Source: Polyangiales bacterium
GTDB taxonomy: Bacteria > Myxococcota_A > Polyangia > Polyangiales > Polyangiaceae
Reading direction: 5' to 3'
DNA length: 64,000 nucleotides
Assembly: GCA_038230375.1 (NCBI GenBank)
Contig: JBBRNJ010000041.1
Location: 1-64,000 of the forward strand
In this document: positions 38,077 to 47,900 of the stretch, piece by piece
Position numbering within the stretch: position 1 is the first letter of the stretch
How the letters are laid out: each line of letters starts with the position of its first letter
Notes under the pieces: model-generated
The model's database searches: none
Told to the model about the DNA's origin: nothing
Seen by the model: only the letters and a program-made list of their open reading frames with translations
Program-made: the position numbers and the translations under genes

Positions 38077-41000
38077 CTACCTGCCGCCCAGAACGCTCGC
38101 GAGCTCCGCTTTGGCCTCGGTGCGATCCGGATCGTTCGGCGGCGCGGTGTCGAGGTACGTCTTGAAGTGCGTCGCGGCCTCGGACTTCTTTCCGAGCTTC
38201 TTCAGCGCCCGGGCGTACTGCAGGTGCGCAAGGTAGAGACGTCCCGGACGGGCGGTCGCCGCTTCGCCTACGCGCACGGCATCCGCGAGGACCGTAGCCG
38301 CCTGCCCCGCCTGGCCCTTGTCGAGGAGCAGGTCGCCGTACTCGTAGTCCCAGTCGAACTGTTCCTTGTCGGCAGAGTAGGCCTTCTGCCACTCGGCAAG
38401 TGCCTGGCCCGGATCGTTGAGGCGCTCGAACACCTGCGCGAGCGTGGCGTGTGCCTCGAGGCGCGTGGGGTTGAGCTCCAGCGCCTTGCGGAGGTCCTTC
38501 TGCGCGTCCTTCAACGCGTTCAGGTTGTACTCGATGATGCCGCGCTGCCAGTACGCGTCGCCGTAGTTCTGATCGAGCGCGAGCGCCTTCTCCACGGCGG
38601 CCTGCGCGATCGGCGTCTGGACTGGGTTCATGGCGTTCGCGGCCCATGCAACATACATGTGATAGACAGGCCGGTTCGAGTCGGCGGCCACGGCCTGGTT
38701 GAAGTACGTGAGCGCGGTGTCCACGTCCTTGCCGCCACGCTTCAGGAAGACGCGCCCGTAGTAGTGCTTCGCCTCTGCGCTGGTCTGGCGCACGTCGAGC
38801 ACCTCCTTCAAGAACTTCTGCGCGTTGTCGAGGTCGCCGAGGGCCACGTAGGCAGCGCCGAGGCGCAGCTTCAGGTCTACGTCGCCGGGGTTCTTGTCGA
38901 ACGCCGCCTTGAACTGCGCGAGCGCCTTGTCAGCCTCGCCGGACACCTCGAAGAGCTGCCCGCGCTCGAACATGAGGCCCGGGAAGTCCTTGTCCTGCGC
39001 GCCGACGAAGTCGAACTCCTTGTTGGCGAGGTCGATCTTGCGCATCTTCCGGTACGTGATGCCCAGCTTGAAGTGCGCGCCGAGATCCTGCGGATCCTTC
39101 TCGAGTGCCTTCTCGTAGTCGGCGACCGCCTCTTCGTACTTGCCTTGCGCCTCGGCCACCTCGGCCAGGGCGCGCTGCAGCGCGGGGCTGTCGGGCAGCT
39201 TGTCCTTCGCCTTGTCCAGGGCTGCCTGCGCTTCCTGCCCGCGGCCTTGTGCCGAGAGCATCTGCGAGAGCTTGCCGTACGCGACGATCGCGTCGGGGTG
39301 CTTCGGGTCGGCGAGATCGATCGACTGCTTGTAGAGGCGCTCCGCGATGGTTCGGTTGCCGCTCTTCTCCTCCGCGAACGCGAGCCACAGCGGCACACGC
39401 ATGTCCTTCGGGAACGTCTTCAAACCGGCGGTGAGCTGCGCTTTTGCGTCGGCGAAGCGCTCGAGAAAGATCTTCGTGCGCGCGGAGCCGATGAGCGCAT
39501 CGTTGTTGGTCGGGTCCTTGACGAATGCCTCGTCGAAGCGCGTTGCGGCTTCGGTGTAGCGGCCGTCGTCGAAGAGCAGCTGGCCCTGACCCATGAGCGC
39601 AAGCACGTTGCGCTGATCGATCTTGAGCGCCTCCTCGAATGCCTGGCGCGCTTCGCCGGCGTGGTCCTTCGCGAGCATGACCCAGCCACGCTGCGCGAAC
39701 GCCTGCGCGCGTTCCTTCGGGCTCGCGTTGACCTTGGCGCCACCGTCGATGACGAGCGCGAAATCGCGGAGCGCGTCGTCCGCCGAGTGGTCTCGCTTCC
39801 ACGAGATCCAGCCGCGGAGCGTGAGCGCACCCGCGTGGGTGGGCACCTGCGCGAGCGCCTGGTCCGTTGCCTTCTTGGCGTCATCCAGGTTGCCGATCAG
39901 GAAATGCGCGCGGGCGATGCCGTAGAACGAGCGCGGCGAGGCGCCCTTCTGGTGGGCGCGCGTGAATGCTGCGAGCGCGGCCTTGCCGTCGTTCGCCGCG
40001 AGCTCGAGCTCGCCTTGCGTCTGCGCGATCTCCTGGGAGACCGGGTCCGCAGCGTCGTGCTTGGCAGCCTGATCAAGGTGCCCGCGCGCCTTCACGAGAT
40101 CACCCGCGACGAGCTCCTGCGCGCCTTGCGCCGCCGAGCAGAACGGGATGTCTGTGGTGGGCGGGAGGTCGGAGATGAAGGTCTTTGCGCGGCCCGCACG
40201 CGAAGCATCCGAGCCGAAGCGCGCCTGCACCGAGAACTCCACGAACGCGGCGTAGCACGCGAGCGGACGCGAGCGCTGCAGCTGTGAGAGCGCATTTGCG
40301 CACTCGTTCGCGGCCGTCTGCGAGGTCTGATAGCCGTCAGGAGCGAGCTTCTTCCGTGCGCCGACGCCCGCCTCCACGGCAGCAGCCTGGTACTTGCCCG
40401 CCATGGCGGTGTCCTTGAAGAAATAGTAGCCGAACGGTCCCGCCTGCGTGAGGCTGAGGCTCACGCCGAAGAGGAGCGCGACGCCGGCGATCCCGCCGAG
40501 GACCTTTGGCCAGAGGCGGCGCACGCGACCTTCACCGAGCGGCTTGAAGCGCTCCGGGCGCGGCTTGGCGTCGGTCTCGATCCTCGCGTCGGCGTCCATG
40601 CGTGCGCCGGAGATCGCGGCCGGCGGAGCGATGACAACACCAGGGCCATCTCCGCCGCCGAGGTCGACCTCGCCGAAGGCCATGTTGTTGCCACCGTTGT
40701 TCGGCGCGCTGGTCGCGAGCGACGCTTCACCCGGCTCGAAATCGCCGAAGCTCACCATGCCGCCCGTGCCACCGGTGGACGCCGGCAGGTTGTTGTCGAA
40801 GAGACCGGCGATGCCAGGGAGCTCGTTCTGCGCCATGGGCAGAGAGCCCTGGTTCATGGGCAACGAGTTCTGCGTCATGGGGAGGCCGCCCGAGGACATG
40901 GGCAAGGAGTTCTGCGCCATGGGCAGAGAGCCCGCCGCCATGGGCAATCCACCCGCCATCTGCGGCAGATCGCCGGCGCCGCCGCTCATGGGCAGGTTGT

Positions 41001-41934
41001 TCTGCGCGGACGGCAGATCTCCGCCGAGCGCGGGGAGATCGAAATCGCCGAACCCGCCGCGCGCCATCGGCAGACCGGCGCCACCACCGGCAGCCATGGG
41101 CAGACCCATTCCACCACCAGCGGCCATGGGAAGACCAACGCCACCGCCGGCAGGCATGGGTAAGCCAGGACCGCCGCCAGCGAGCGAGGGGAGATCCGCG
41201 CCGCCGAATCCACCGCCACCGCCCATGCCCGCGCCGCCAGGTGCAGGACCACGCGATGCGTTCGGCAGCGCCGGCAGATCGAGCTCGCCGAAACCTCCGC
41301 CGAACGGCGCAGCGGGCGCAGCGGCGGGCGCCGCGGGAGAGAAATTGCTACCGAAGGCAGCGGTGGGTGACCCGCCACGCGGAGCCTGCTTCGCGGGGAG
41401 ATCGCCAGGCTGCGGAATGGCCGGCAGGTCGAGCTCACCGAAGCCACCACCGAAGGGGGAGGCGGGTGCGGCGGGCGCGGGAACGGCTTGCGGCTGCGGG
41501 ACAGTGGCGGAGAGCGCAGTCGGCGGGCGCGGAGAGGCTCCTGGAGGACCGAACGGACTCCCCTTTGGCTTCACTGCCGAAGGCAGATCGGCGTGTTGCG
41601 GGAGCGCGGGCAGATCGAGGTCGAGCGAGCCGAACGCACCGGGAGCTGCGGACTGAGATACGGCAGACGCCGGAGGCTTGCCAAGGGGCGGAAGTCCACC
41701 TTCGCCGATGCCCATACCGACCATCGTGGGCGCGCGCTTCGGGGGCGCTTGCGGAGCTGCGGGAGCGCCACCCCCGCCATCGGAAGCTCCGGTGACCGAC
41801 GCGGTGGTGCCCTTCGTGGTGACGACGAACGAATGCCCGCACTTCGGGCAGCGCATCTTCAATCCCGTGGCGGGTACGCGGCGCTCGTCGACCTGGTACG
41901 GCGCGTGACACGATTCGCACTCGACTTTGAGCAT
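38077..41934 (-). CDS. Zinc-ribbon (MJ0042-like) / low-complexity / TM / multi-TPR protein
   Basis: N-terminal CESC...RCPKC, Gly/Pro-rich linker, one TM (VLGGIAGVALLFGVSL), many TPRs. Confidence 0.88.
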   Translation of the reverse strand: MLKVECESCHAPYQVDERRVPATGLKMRCPKCGHSFVVTTKGTTASVTGASDGGGGAPAAPQAPPKRAPTMVGMGIGEGGLPPLGKPPASAVSQSAAPGAFGSLDLDLPALPQHADLPSAVKPKGSPFGPPGASPRPPTALSATVPQPQAVPAPAAPASPFGGGFGELDLPAIPQPGDLPAKQAPRGGSPTAAFGSNFSPAAPAAAPAAPFGGGFGELDLPALPNASRGPAPGGAGMGGGGGFGGADLPSLAGGGPGLPMPAGGGVGLPMAAGGGMGLPMAAGGGAGLPMARGGFGDFDLPALGGDLPSAQNNLPMSGGAGDLPQMAGGLPMAAGSLPMAQNSLPMSSGGLPMTQNSLPMNQGSLPMAQNELPGIAGLFDNNLPASTGGTGGMVSFGDFEPGEASLATSAPNNGGNNMAFGEVDLGGGDGPGVVIAPPAAISGARMDADARIETDAKPRPERFKPLGEGRVRRLWPKVLGGIAGVALLFGVSLSLTQAGPFGYYFFKDTAMAGKYQAAAVEAGVGARKKLAPDGYQTSQTAANECANALSQLQRSRPLACYAAFVEFSVQARFGSDASRAGRAKTFISDLPPTTDIPFCSAAQGAQELVAGDLVKARGHLDQAAKHDAADPVSQEIAQTQGELELAANDGKAALAAFTRAHQKGASPRSFYGIARAHFLIGNLDDAKKATDQALAQVPTHAGALTLRGWISWKRDHSADDALRDFALVIDGGAKVNASPKERAQAFAQRGWVMLAKDHAGEARQAFEEALKIDQRNVLALMGQGQLLFDDGRYTEAATRFDEAFVKDPTNNDALIGSARTKIFLERFADAKAQLTAGLKTFPKDMRVPLWLAFAEEKSGNRTIAERLYKQSIDLADPKHPDAIVAYGKLSQMLSAQGRGQEAQAALDKAKDKLPDSPALQRALAEVAEAQGKYEEAVADYEKALEKDPQDLGAHFKLGITYRKMRKIDLANKEFDFVGAQDKDFPGLMFERGQLFEVSGEADKALAQFKAAFDKNPGDVDLKLRLGAAYVALGDLDNAQKFLKEVLDVRQTSAEAKHYYGRVFLKRGGKDVDTALTYFNQAVAADSNRPVYHMYVAWAANAMNPVQTPIAQAAVEKALALDQNYGDAYWQRGIIEYNLNALKDAQKDLRKALELNPTRLEAHATLAQVFERLNDPGQALAEWQKAYSADKEQFDWDYEYGDLLLDKGQAGQAATVLADAVRVGEAATARPGRLYLAHLQYARALKKLGKKSEAATHFKTYLDTAPPNDPDRTEAKAELASVLGGR
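40810..41230 (-). repeat. Imperfect LPM-anchored 7-10 aa repeats in the TPR protein linker
   Basis: GLPMAAGGG units followed by LPMAQNS, LPMTQNS and LPMNQGS units. Confidence 0.75.
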
Positions 41935-41964
41935 CGCGACAAAGAGTATCATAGATAGGCGGGA

Positions 41965-43002
41965 GTGAAGCCCGTACGTGGTCCCCACACCCCGCAACAA
42001 GCGCCCGGCAATTTGCCTCATTCCGGGCCCGCTTCCCCTTCCCATTTCCGTCCAGCCCGTCCAGATTCTGAGCCGGTAGGAGACGTTCGCATCGCTCATC
42101 CGCACGCCCAGGACCAACCCGCCGCGTTCGCGTGGATGGCGTGCTCGGCCGTGCTCTTCGCGACGATGAACTACCTGGTGCGTCGCGCGAGCGCGCAGGT
42201 GCCGTGGCAGCTGCTCGGCATGTCGCGCGCGCTCATCGGTGCGTTCGTCGCGATCGGCGTGGCGCGCGTGCGCGGCTCATCGCTCGCGATCAATAACAAG
42301 CGCGCGATGTGGGTGCGGAGTGCGTTCGGAACGGCGGCAATGGCGTTCACTTTCTGGGCGCTCGCCGATGGCGGCCTTGGACTTGGCGACACCACCACGC
42401 TGCTCAATCTCGCGCCCGTCGTGATCGCCGTGCTGGGCCCCATCGTGCTCCGTGAGCGTGCCGGACGTACCCTGCCGTACGCGCTCGTGCTTTCGCTCCT
42501 CGGCGTCGTGCTGATCATGAGACCTGCGTTCGTGTTCGGGGGTGTCGCGCTGTCACCCGGCGCGATGCGGACGGCGGGGCTTGCGCTCGTCGCCGCATGC
42601 GCATCGGGGTGCGCAATGCTCGCTCTCCGGCGCGTTGGAAAGGGCGAGAGCGCAGAGGCCATCTCCGTGCACTTCTCGCTCACGGCGGCGGCGGGGCTGT
42701 TTCTCCTCTCGCTGCCCTACATGATGGTCCCTTCCGGAAAAGATGCACTCTACACACTTCTCGCGGGCGTGTGCGGAGGCCTCGCGCAGCTGGGCATGAC
42801 GCGCGCATATGCACTGGCGCGGGCCGCGCGGGTGGCGGCGGTCGGCTATCTGGCAGTGGTGGTGAGCGCGCTCTACGGCTCACTCGCGCTCGGTGAGGCA
42901 CCGCATGCAACGGCCGCGCTCGGGATGGTGCTGGTCATCGGGGGCGGCCTCACCATCGCGCTCCCGGCGTTTCGTGCGCAGAAGCGCGCACCACGAATCT
43001 AG
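41965..43002 (+). CDS. DMT/EamA-family transporter
   Basis: About 10 TM helices; RSAFG, LAPV...VLRER, AQLGMTRAY. True start probably downstream, near 42013-42136. Confidence 0.85.
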   Translation: MKPVRGPHTPQQAPGNLPHSGPASPSHFRPARPDSEPVGDVRIAHPHAQDQPAAFAWMACSAVLFATMNYLVRRASAQVPWQLLGMSRALIGAFVAIGVARVRGSSLAINNKRAMWVRSAFGTAAMAFTFWALADGGLGLGDTTTLLNLAPVVIAVLGPIVLRERAGRTLPYALVLSLLGVVLIMRPAFVFGGVALSPGAMRTAGLALVAACASGCAMLALRRVGKGESAEAISVHFSLTAAAGLFLLSLPYMMVPSGKDALYTLLAGVCGGLAQLGMTRAYALARAARVAAVGYLAVVVSALYGSLALGEAPHATAALGMVLVIGGGLTIALPAFRAQKRAPRI

Positions 43003-43136
43003 CCAAAAACAAGCCGCGCGAACAAGCCGGCGAAGAAATCGACGAGCCCTACGCAACCCTGCGCGGCGACGGCCGATGGGAGTGGTGCGCAGGCAACAAG
43101 CCGGCCTGTCTTCCACCCATCGAAAGAGGTCCTCTC

Positions 43137-44765
43137 ATGCGTCGTTCGTCCCTCCTCGCGCTGCTCTCCACGTTTGCTTTGGTTGCTTGCTCCTCCGCGG
43201 GCGGAAGCACTTCCGACGGCGCTTCCGCGAACGGCGCGGGGTCGGGCCAGGGCGCTGCCAGCGCGGCGGCCGACGGCGGCGCGGAGCCGACGGTCCCCGT
43301 GCCGGGCGGTGGCAAGGCCAAGAGCGATGGCGGCTCGGACGCGGGCACGGATGCAGCGCCGCAGGTGACGCCCGACGGCTGCGTGATCACGGCCTCGCCC
43401 GCGGACGACGCGTGCGTGGTGCGTGACGAGCTGGGCGTGTTCGCTTCTTCATCGAAGGGCTCCGACGCGGCGGGCGACGGCACCATGGCGCAGCCGTTCG
43501 CGACCGCCGCGCATGCGATCACGTTTGCGAAGGCGCACCAGAAGCGCGTGTTCCTCTGCGCGGAAGCGTATGCGGAGAACGTCACGATCGAGAACGGCGT
43601 CTCCATCTTCGGCGGCCTCGACTGCACGCAGCCGAAGTGGACCGTCGTGGACGCAAAGGCGCACTTCGCCGCGCCCACGAGCCCTGCGGCGCGCGCCGAC
43701 AACGTGACGACGACCACCGCGATCGAAGCCGTGGAGATCTTCGCGCCGGACGCGACGGTCCCGTCAGGCAGCTCCATTGGCATGATCGCGAATGCATCCC
43801 CCGCGCTCCTCCTCCGCAACGTGTGGCTCCAGGCGGGCAACGCGATGGATGGCGTCGCTGGCGGAGAGCCCGCGGCAAACGACGAGGGCCCGATCGTGAC
43901 CGGCACCCCGATCGGCGGCAACTCCATCTGTGACTTCCTCGACTGCGCGTTTGGCCAGGGCGCCGGAAGCGCCGGCGGAATCAGCGCGTGCGGCGGCGGT
44001 CAGGGTGGCGGCGGAGGGTCACGCGGTTACTTCGCAGAGGCTGCCTGTGTGACCGGCCTCTGCCGCGCAGTGCACCCGAGCGGCTACTACTGGGACGTTC
44101 GCACCGCGCCTGGTCCGGGCGTGAAGCTCGGCGGCAGCCCTGGTGCCCGAGGCGCCGCGGGCCAGAGCGCGCAGAGAGGTGTCATCGACGCGAGTGGCTA
44201 CACGCCAGGCAACGGCAACGCAGGCACCGACGGCTTGCCGGGTATCGGCGGCAAGGGCGGTGACGGCGAAGCGCCGCCCGTGGATCCCTTCGCGAACGGC
44301 AACGCGTACTCCTTCGGCCGCTATGGCGCCGCGGGCGGCGCGGGTGGGTGTGGAGGTCACGTGGGCACCGCGGGCACCGGCGGTGGCGCAAGCATCGCGC
44401 TCGTCGCCGTCAAGAGTGCGCTCTCGATCAAACGCAGCAAGCTCACGTCGCAGAGCGGCGGCAACGGTGGCTCGGGCACGTTTGGTTCGGCAGCGACCGC
44501 AGGCGGCGCGGCTGGCGCATGCGATCCGCAGCTGCTCTCCACATGCGGAGCCCACGGTGGCGGCGGCGGCGAGGCCGGTGTATCCGGCGCCGGTGCAGGC
44601 GGTCCGTCCGTTGCGCTGGCCTTCAACGATGCCCTCCCCGGTGTCGATGCTGCAAGCACCCTCCAGCCGGGTGCGGGGGGCTCCGGTGTCGCTCTGCAAT
44701 CGAACGGCGGGAAGGCGATCCAGGCGTCCGGAACCGGAGCCAGCCAGGCGTTCCTCTCGTTCTGA
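43137..44765 (+). CDS. Gly-rich (PGRS-like) lipoprotein with a DUF1565-like N-terminal domain
   Basis: Lipobox LVAC. GDGTMAQPFAT..AI, VFLCAEAY.E..GVSIFGG, extensive GGxGG repeats. Confidence 0.75.
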   Translation: MRRSSLLALLSTFALVACSSAGGSTSDGASANGAGSGQGAASAAADGGAEPTVPVPGGGKAKSDGGSDAGTDAAPQVTPDGCVITASPADDACVVRDELGVFASSSKGSDAAGDGTMAQPFATAAHAITFAKAHQKRVFLCAEAYAENVTIENGVSIFGGLDCTQPKWTVVDAKAHFAAPTSPAARADNVTTTTAIEAVEIFAPDATVPSGSSIGMIANASPALLLRNVWLQAGNAMDGVAGGEPAANDEGPIVTGTPIGGNSICDFLDCAFGQGAGSAGGISACGGGQGGGGGSRGYFAEAACVTGLCRAVHPSGYYWDVRTAPGPGVKLGGSPGARGAAGQSAQRGVIDASGYTPGNGNAGTDGLPGIGGKGGDGEAPPVDPFANGNAYSFGRYGAAGGAGGCGGHVGTAGTGGGASIALVAVKSALSIKRSKLTSQSGGNGGSGTFGSAATAGGAAGACDPQLLSTCGAHGGGGGEAGVSGAGAGGPSVALAFNDALPGVDAASTLQPGAGGSGVALQSNGGKAIQASGTGASQAFLSF

Positions 44766-44927
44766 CCGCCTCATCAACGCCTCCGACACTCATCTGCAAG
44801 AGCTCGCGGCCAGCTGGTCGCGGGCTCCGCTTCGTTTGCGGATCGGTGGTTGCTCCCCTCGATCTATGGGTTTACGGTCGGGCTCGGGGAACTTTCGGGC
44901 GTGATGCGCGTCGGAGCTTGAACGACA

Positions 44928-47900
44928 ATGCGGTTTATCTCTGTCTGCGTCATCGCGGTTGCCTGCTCTCTGGCAGGCCCGCTTGGTCTGGTCGGCTGCG
45001 GGGACAACCTCCCCGGGGTCGTCTCGCAAGGAACCACGTTCGCGGAGCTGCGCGCCATCAAGGGTGAGGTGAACGTCACCTCGCCTGGCGATACGAAGCG
45101 CGTCCCCTACCCTCGCGAGCGCATCTCGGAAGGCACCGTCGTCTCGCTCGGTCCTTCCGGGCTCGCATGGATCCGCCGCGACGGCGGCGCGGTGTGGCTC
45201 GTGCGCGGCCCCGCAGAGCTCGTCATGCACGAAGGCAACGTGAAGCTCGACTCCGGGCGCGCCTTCATCGACGGTGACGACGGACCGCCCGTCCTGGTGG
45301 ACACGCCGCGCGGCCCGCTCGAGCTCTCCGACGCACGCGCCAGCGTCGAGGTGATGCCCGACAAGAGCGTCGAGGCCTACGTCCTTCGCGGCGCGGCACG
45401 CTCCGGCAGCGGCGAGCGCGGCACCTCCGGTGAGAAGCTCACGCTCGGCGCGGACGGCAAGACCGTACGAGCGTCCTCCGTCGCGTGGGATGACTGGACT
45501 GGCGGCCTGGCCACGGCGGATCCCGCCGCAGAGCCTGCGCCGTTCGGTCTTGGCACCGTCGGCGCACGCCCGCCGGGCGATCAGGGCAAGCCGCGCTTCT
45601 CGCTCGTCGTCGAACGCCTCGACGTACGCGTCACCGTCGATCACGACTTCGCAGTGACCGAGGTCGACGAGACCTTCGTCAACCCGAGCAGCTCCACGGT
45701 CGAAGGCATCTATGGCTTCCGCACGCCGCCCGGCGCAGTGCTCTCCAAGTTCGGTGTCGATCGCAATGGCGCGATCGTCTGGGGCAAGGTCAAGGAGAGT
45801 GCCGCTGCGAAGGCGCAGTACGAGAGCAATGTGTACCAGGGGTCCACCGAAGATCCCGCGCTCCTCTCGTGGGTGGGCCCCGGCGTGTACAACGCGCGCC
45901 TCTATCCGATCGAGCCGGGCGCCAAGCGTCGCGTCGTCACGCGCTACGCGGAGTGGCTCTCGCGGCAAGGCGTGAAGGCAGACAGACGTCTCTACGTGTA
46001 CCCGATGGCAGCGGAGGGCGCGCGAAGCTCGCTCCCGCGCATCGAGGAGCTGCGCGTGAACCTGGACCTCACCAAGTCCGGTGCATCGCGCGTGCGCGCC
46101 GGCATGGGCGGCAAACAGGAAGGCCAGAAGGTCGTCATACAGGCGTTCGACTTCGTCCCCCGCGCCGACCTTGCGGTGGAGCTGTTCGACAGCGGTGAGG
46201 AGAACGCGATCGCGTATCGCGCGCCGCACACGCTCACCGCGGAGGACATCCCCATGAACGCCGACGCGACGTTCGCGGCCAAGGTGTCCGCCGAGGAGCC
46301 CGACTACCTGCTTGTCCCCATGCGCAGCACCGCGCCGGCAGACGCGGGCAAGGGCGTGGACCTCGCGATCGTCGTCGACACATCCGCTGCGACGGAGCCC
46401 TTCGCGCTCGCGATCGCGCGCACGCTGACGTCGGCGCTGCTCTCGCACCTGGGCGCCGATGATCGCGCCGCGTTGTTCACCGGGGACGCCACGCTGCGTC
46501 CCGCGTTCGACGGCTCGGGCGAGATGGCGCCCGTGGACGCGGCCAAGCGACGCAACTGGCTCGCGGGCCTTGCGACCGTCGATCGCGGCGGCGCGACGGA
46601 CATTGGCGCACTTCTCACGGAGGCTGCAGCCAAGCTCGATCCGAAGCGCCGCGGTGCGGTCGTGTACATCGGCGACGGACTTCCCTCCGTGGGTGAGACC
46701 ACGCCGAAGGCCGTACGCGAGCGCCTCGCGCGCTTGCCCGAGGGCACCCGCATCCTCACGGCCGGTGTTGGCAGCCGTGCCAATATCGCACTGCTCGGCT
46801 CGATCGCGCGCGGAGCGCCCGTGGAGTCCGTAGGCGATGCATACGGCGCGGCGCGATCCGCGCTGCGGTTGCTCGAGGCCGCGCAGAAGCCGGCGTGGAT
46901 CGGCGCGAAGGTGGACCTGGGCCCCGGCATCGAGCGCGTGCTTCCGCGTGAGCTCCCGCCCGTGGGCGCGGACGAGAGCGTGCTCGTCGTGGGACGCGTG
47001 TCCGGCAAACCGCCGGCACAGGTGAACCTCACGAGCGGCGCAAGCACCGCGACGCGTGTGCTCAAGGTGCTCCCCGTCGACGACGGCGGCGATCTGCGCA
47101 GGCGCTGGGGACAGGGCCGCATGGAGGAGCTCCTCTCCGAAGGCGCCGGGCGCGCTGCGCTCGTGGACGTGGGTCGTCGCTTCGGCCTGGTCTCGCCATA
47201 CACGTCGCTCTACGTGCCGACCGCGCGCGAGGCCGCCGTTGCCTCCGGTCAGGCCGCGGAGCTGGAGGACGTCACCGAGCAACGCGCCGACGCGATCGAC
47301 CGGCGTTCGCGCTGGCGCCCGTGGTCGCGCTCGCACGTGTACGACTCGGCGGCCGAGCCGGCCTCCGCCAACGCCGACAACAAGGAAGGTGGGACGGGCA
47401 CGCGCGCCAAGGGCGAAGAAGGCTCGATGGGCAATCCCAACACACATGCCGCCAACCATCGCTACGGCGTGCAAGGCCCTTCGGACGATCGTCCTTCGTC
47501 GGCGGCGGCCACGGCCACGGCTCAGGCCGCTCGACAGCGCGCTGTGAACGAAGCAGCGGAGTTCGGAATGATCGGGCTCCTCGACACGGCCGCCGGTGGT
47601 GGCGGTGCCCCGGACCAGGAGCAGAAGCAAGCCGCGGGCGGCAAGGCAGCCTCCGCGCCCGTGGCGGCAGCACCTGCCGTGCAGCCCGCGAAGCCCAGCG
47701 ATCCCAACGCACCATCCGCACCATGGGGACGTGACGAAACAACGCTCGGCCTCACGGGCACGGGAGAAGGTGGCGGTGGCAGAGGCGACGGCATCGGGCT
47801 CGGCGGCGTAGGTACGCTCGGACACGGCGCCGGTACAGGAGTTGGACAAGGATTTGGCAGTGGTCATGGCCGTCTTGGTGGCGCGCACCTGACCAAGTCT

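Noticed and set aside
44888..44915. ECF-sigma-like promoter GGAACTT-N16-TCGGA before the giant FecR-VIT gene
   Set aside because: The -10 element overlaps the likely RBS and lies only 12 nt from the ATG; too weak to call.
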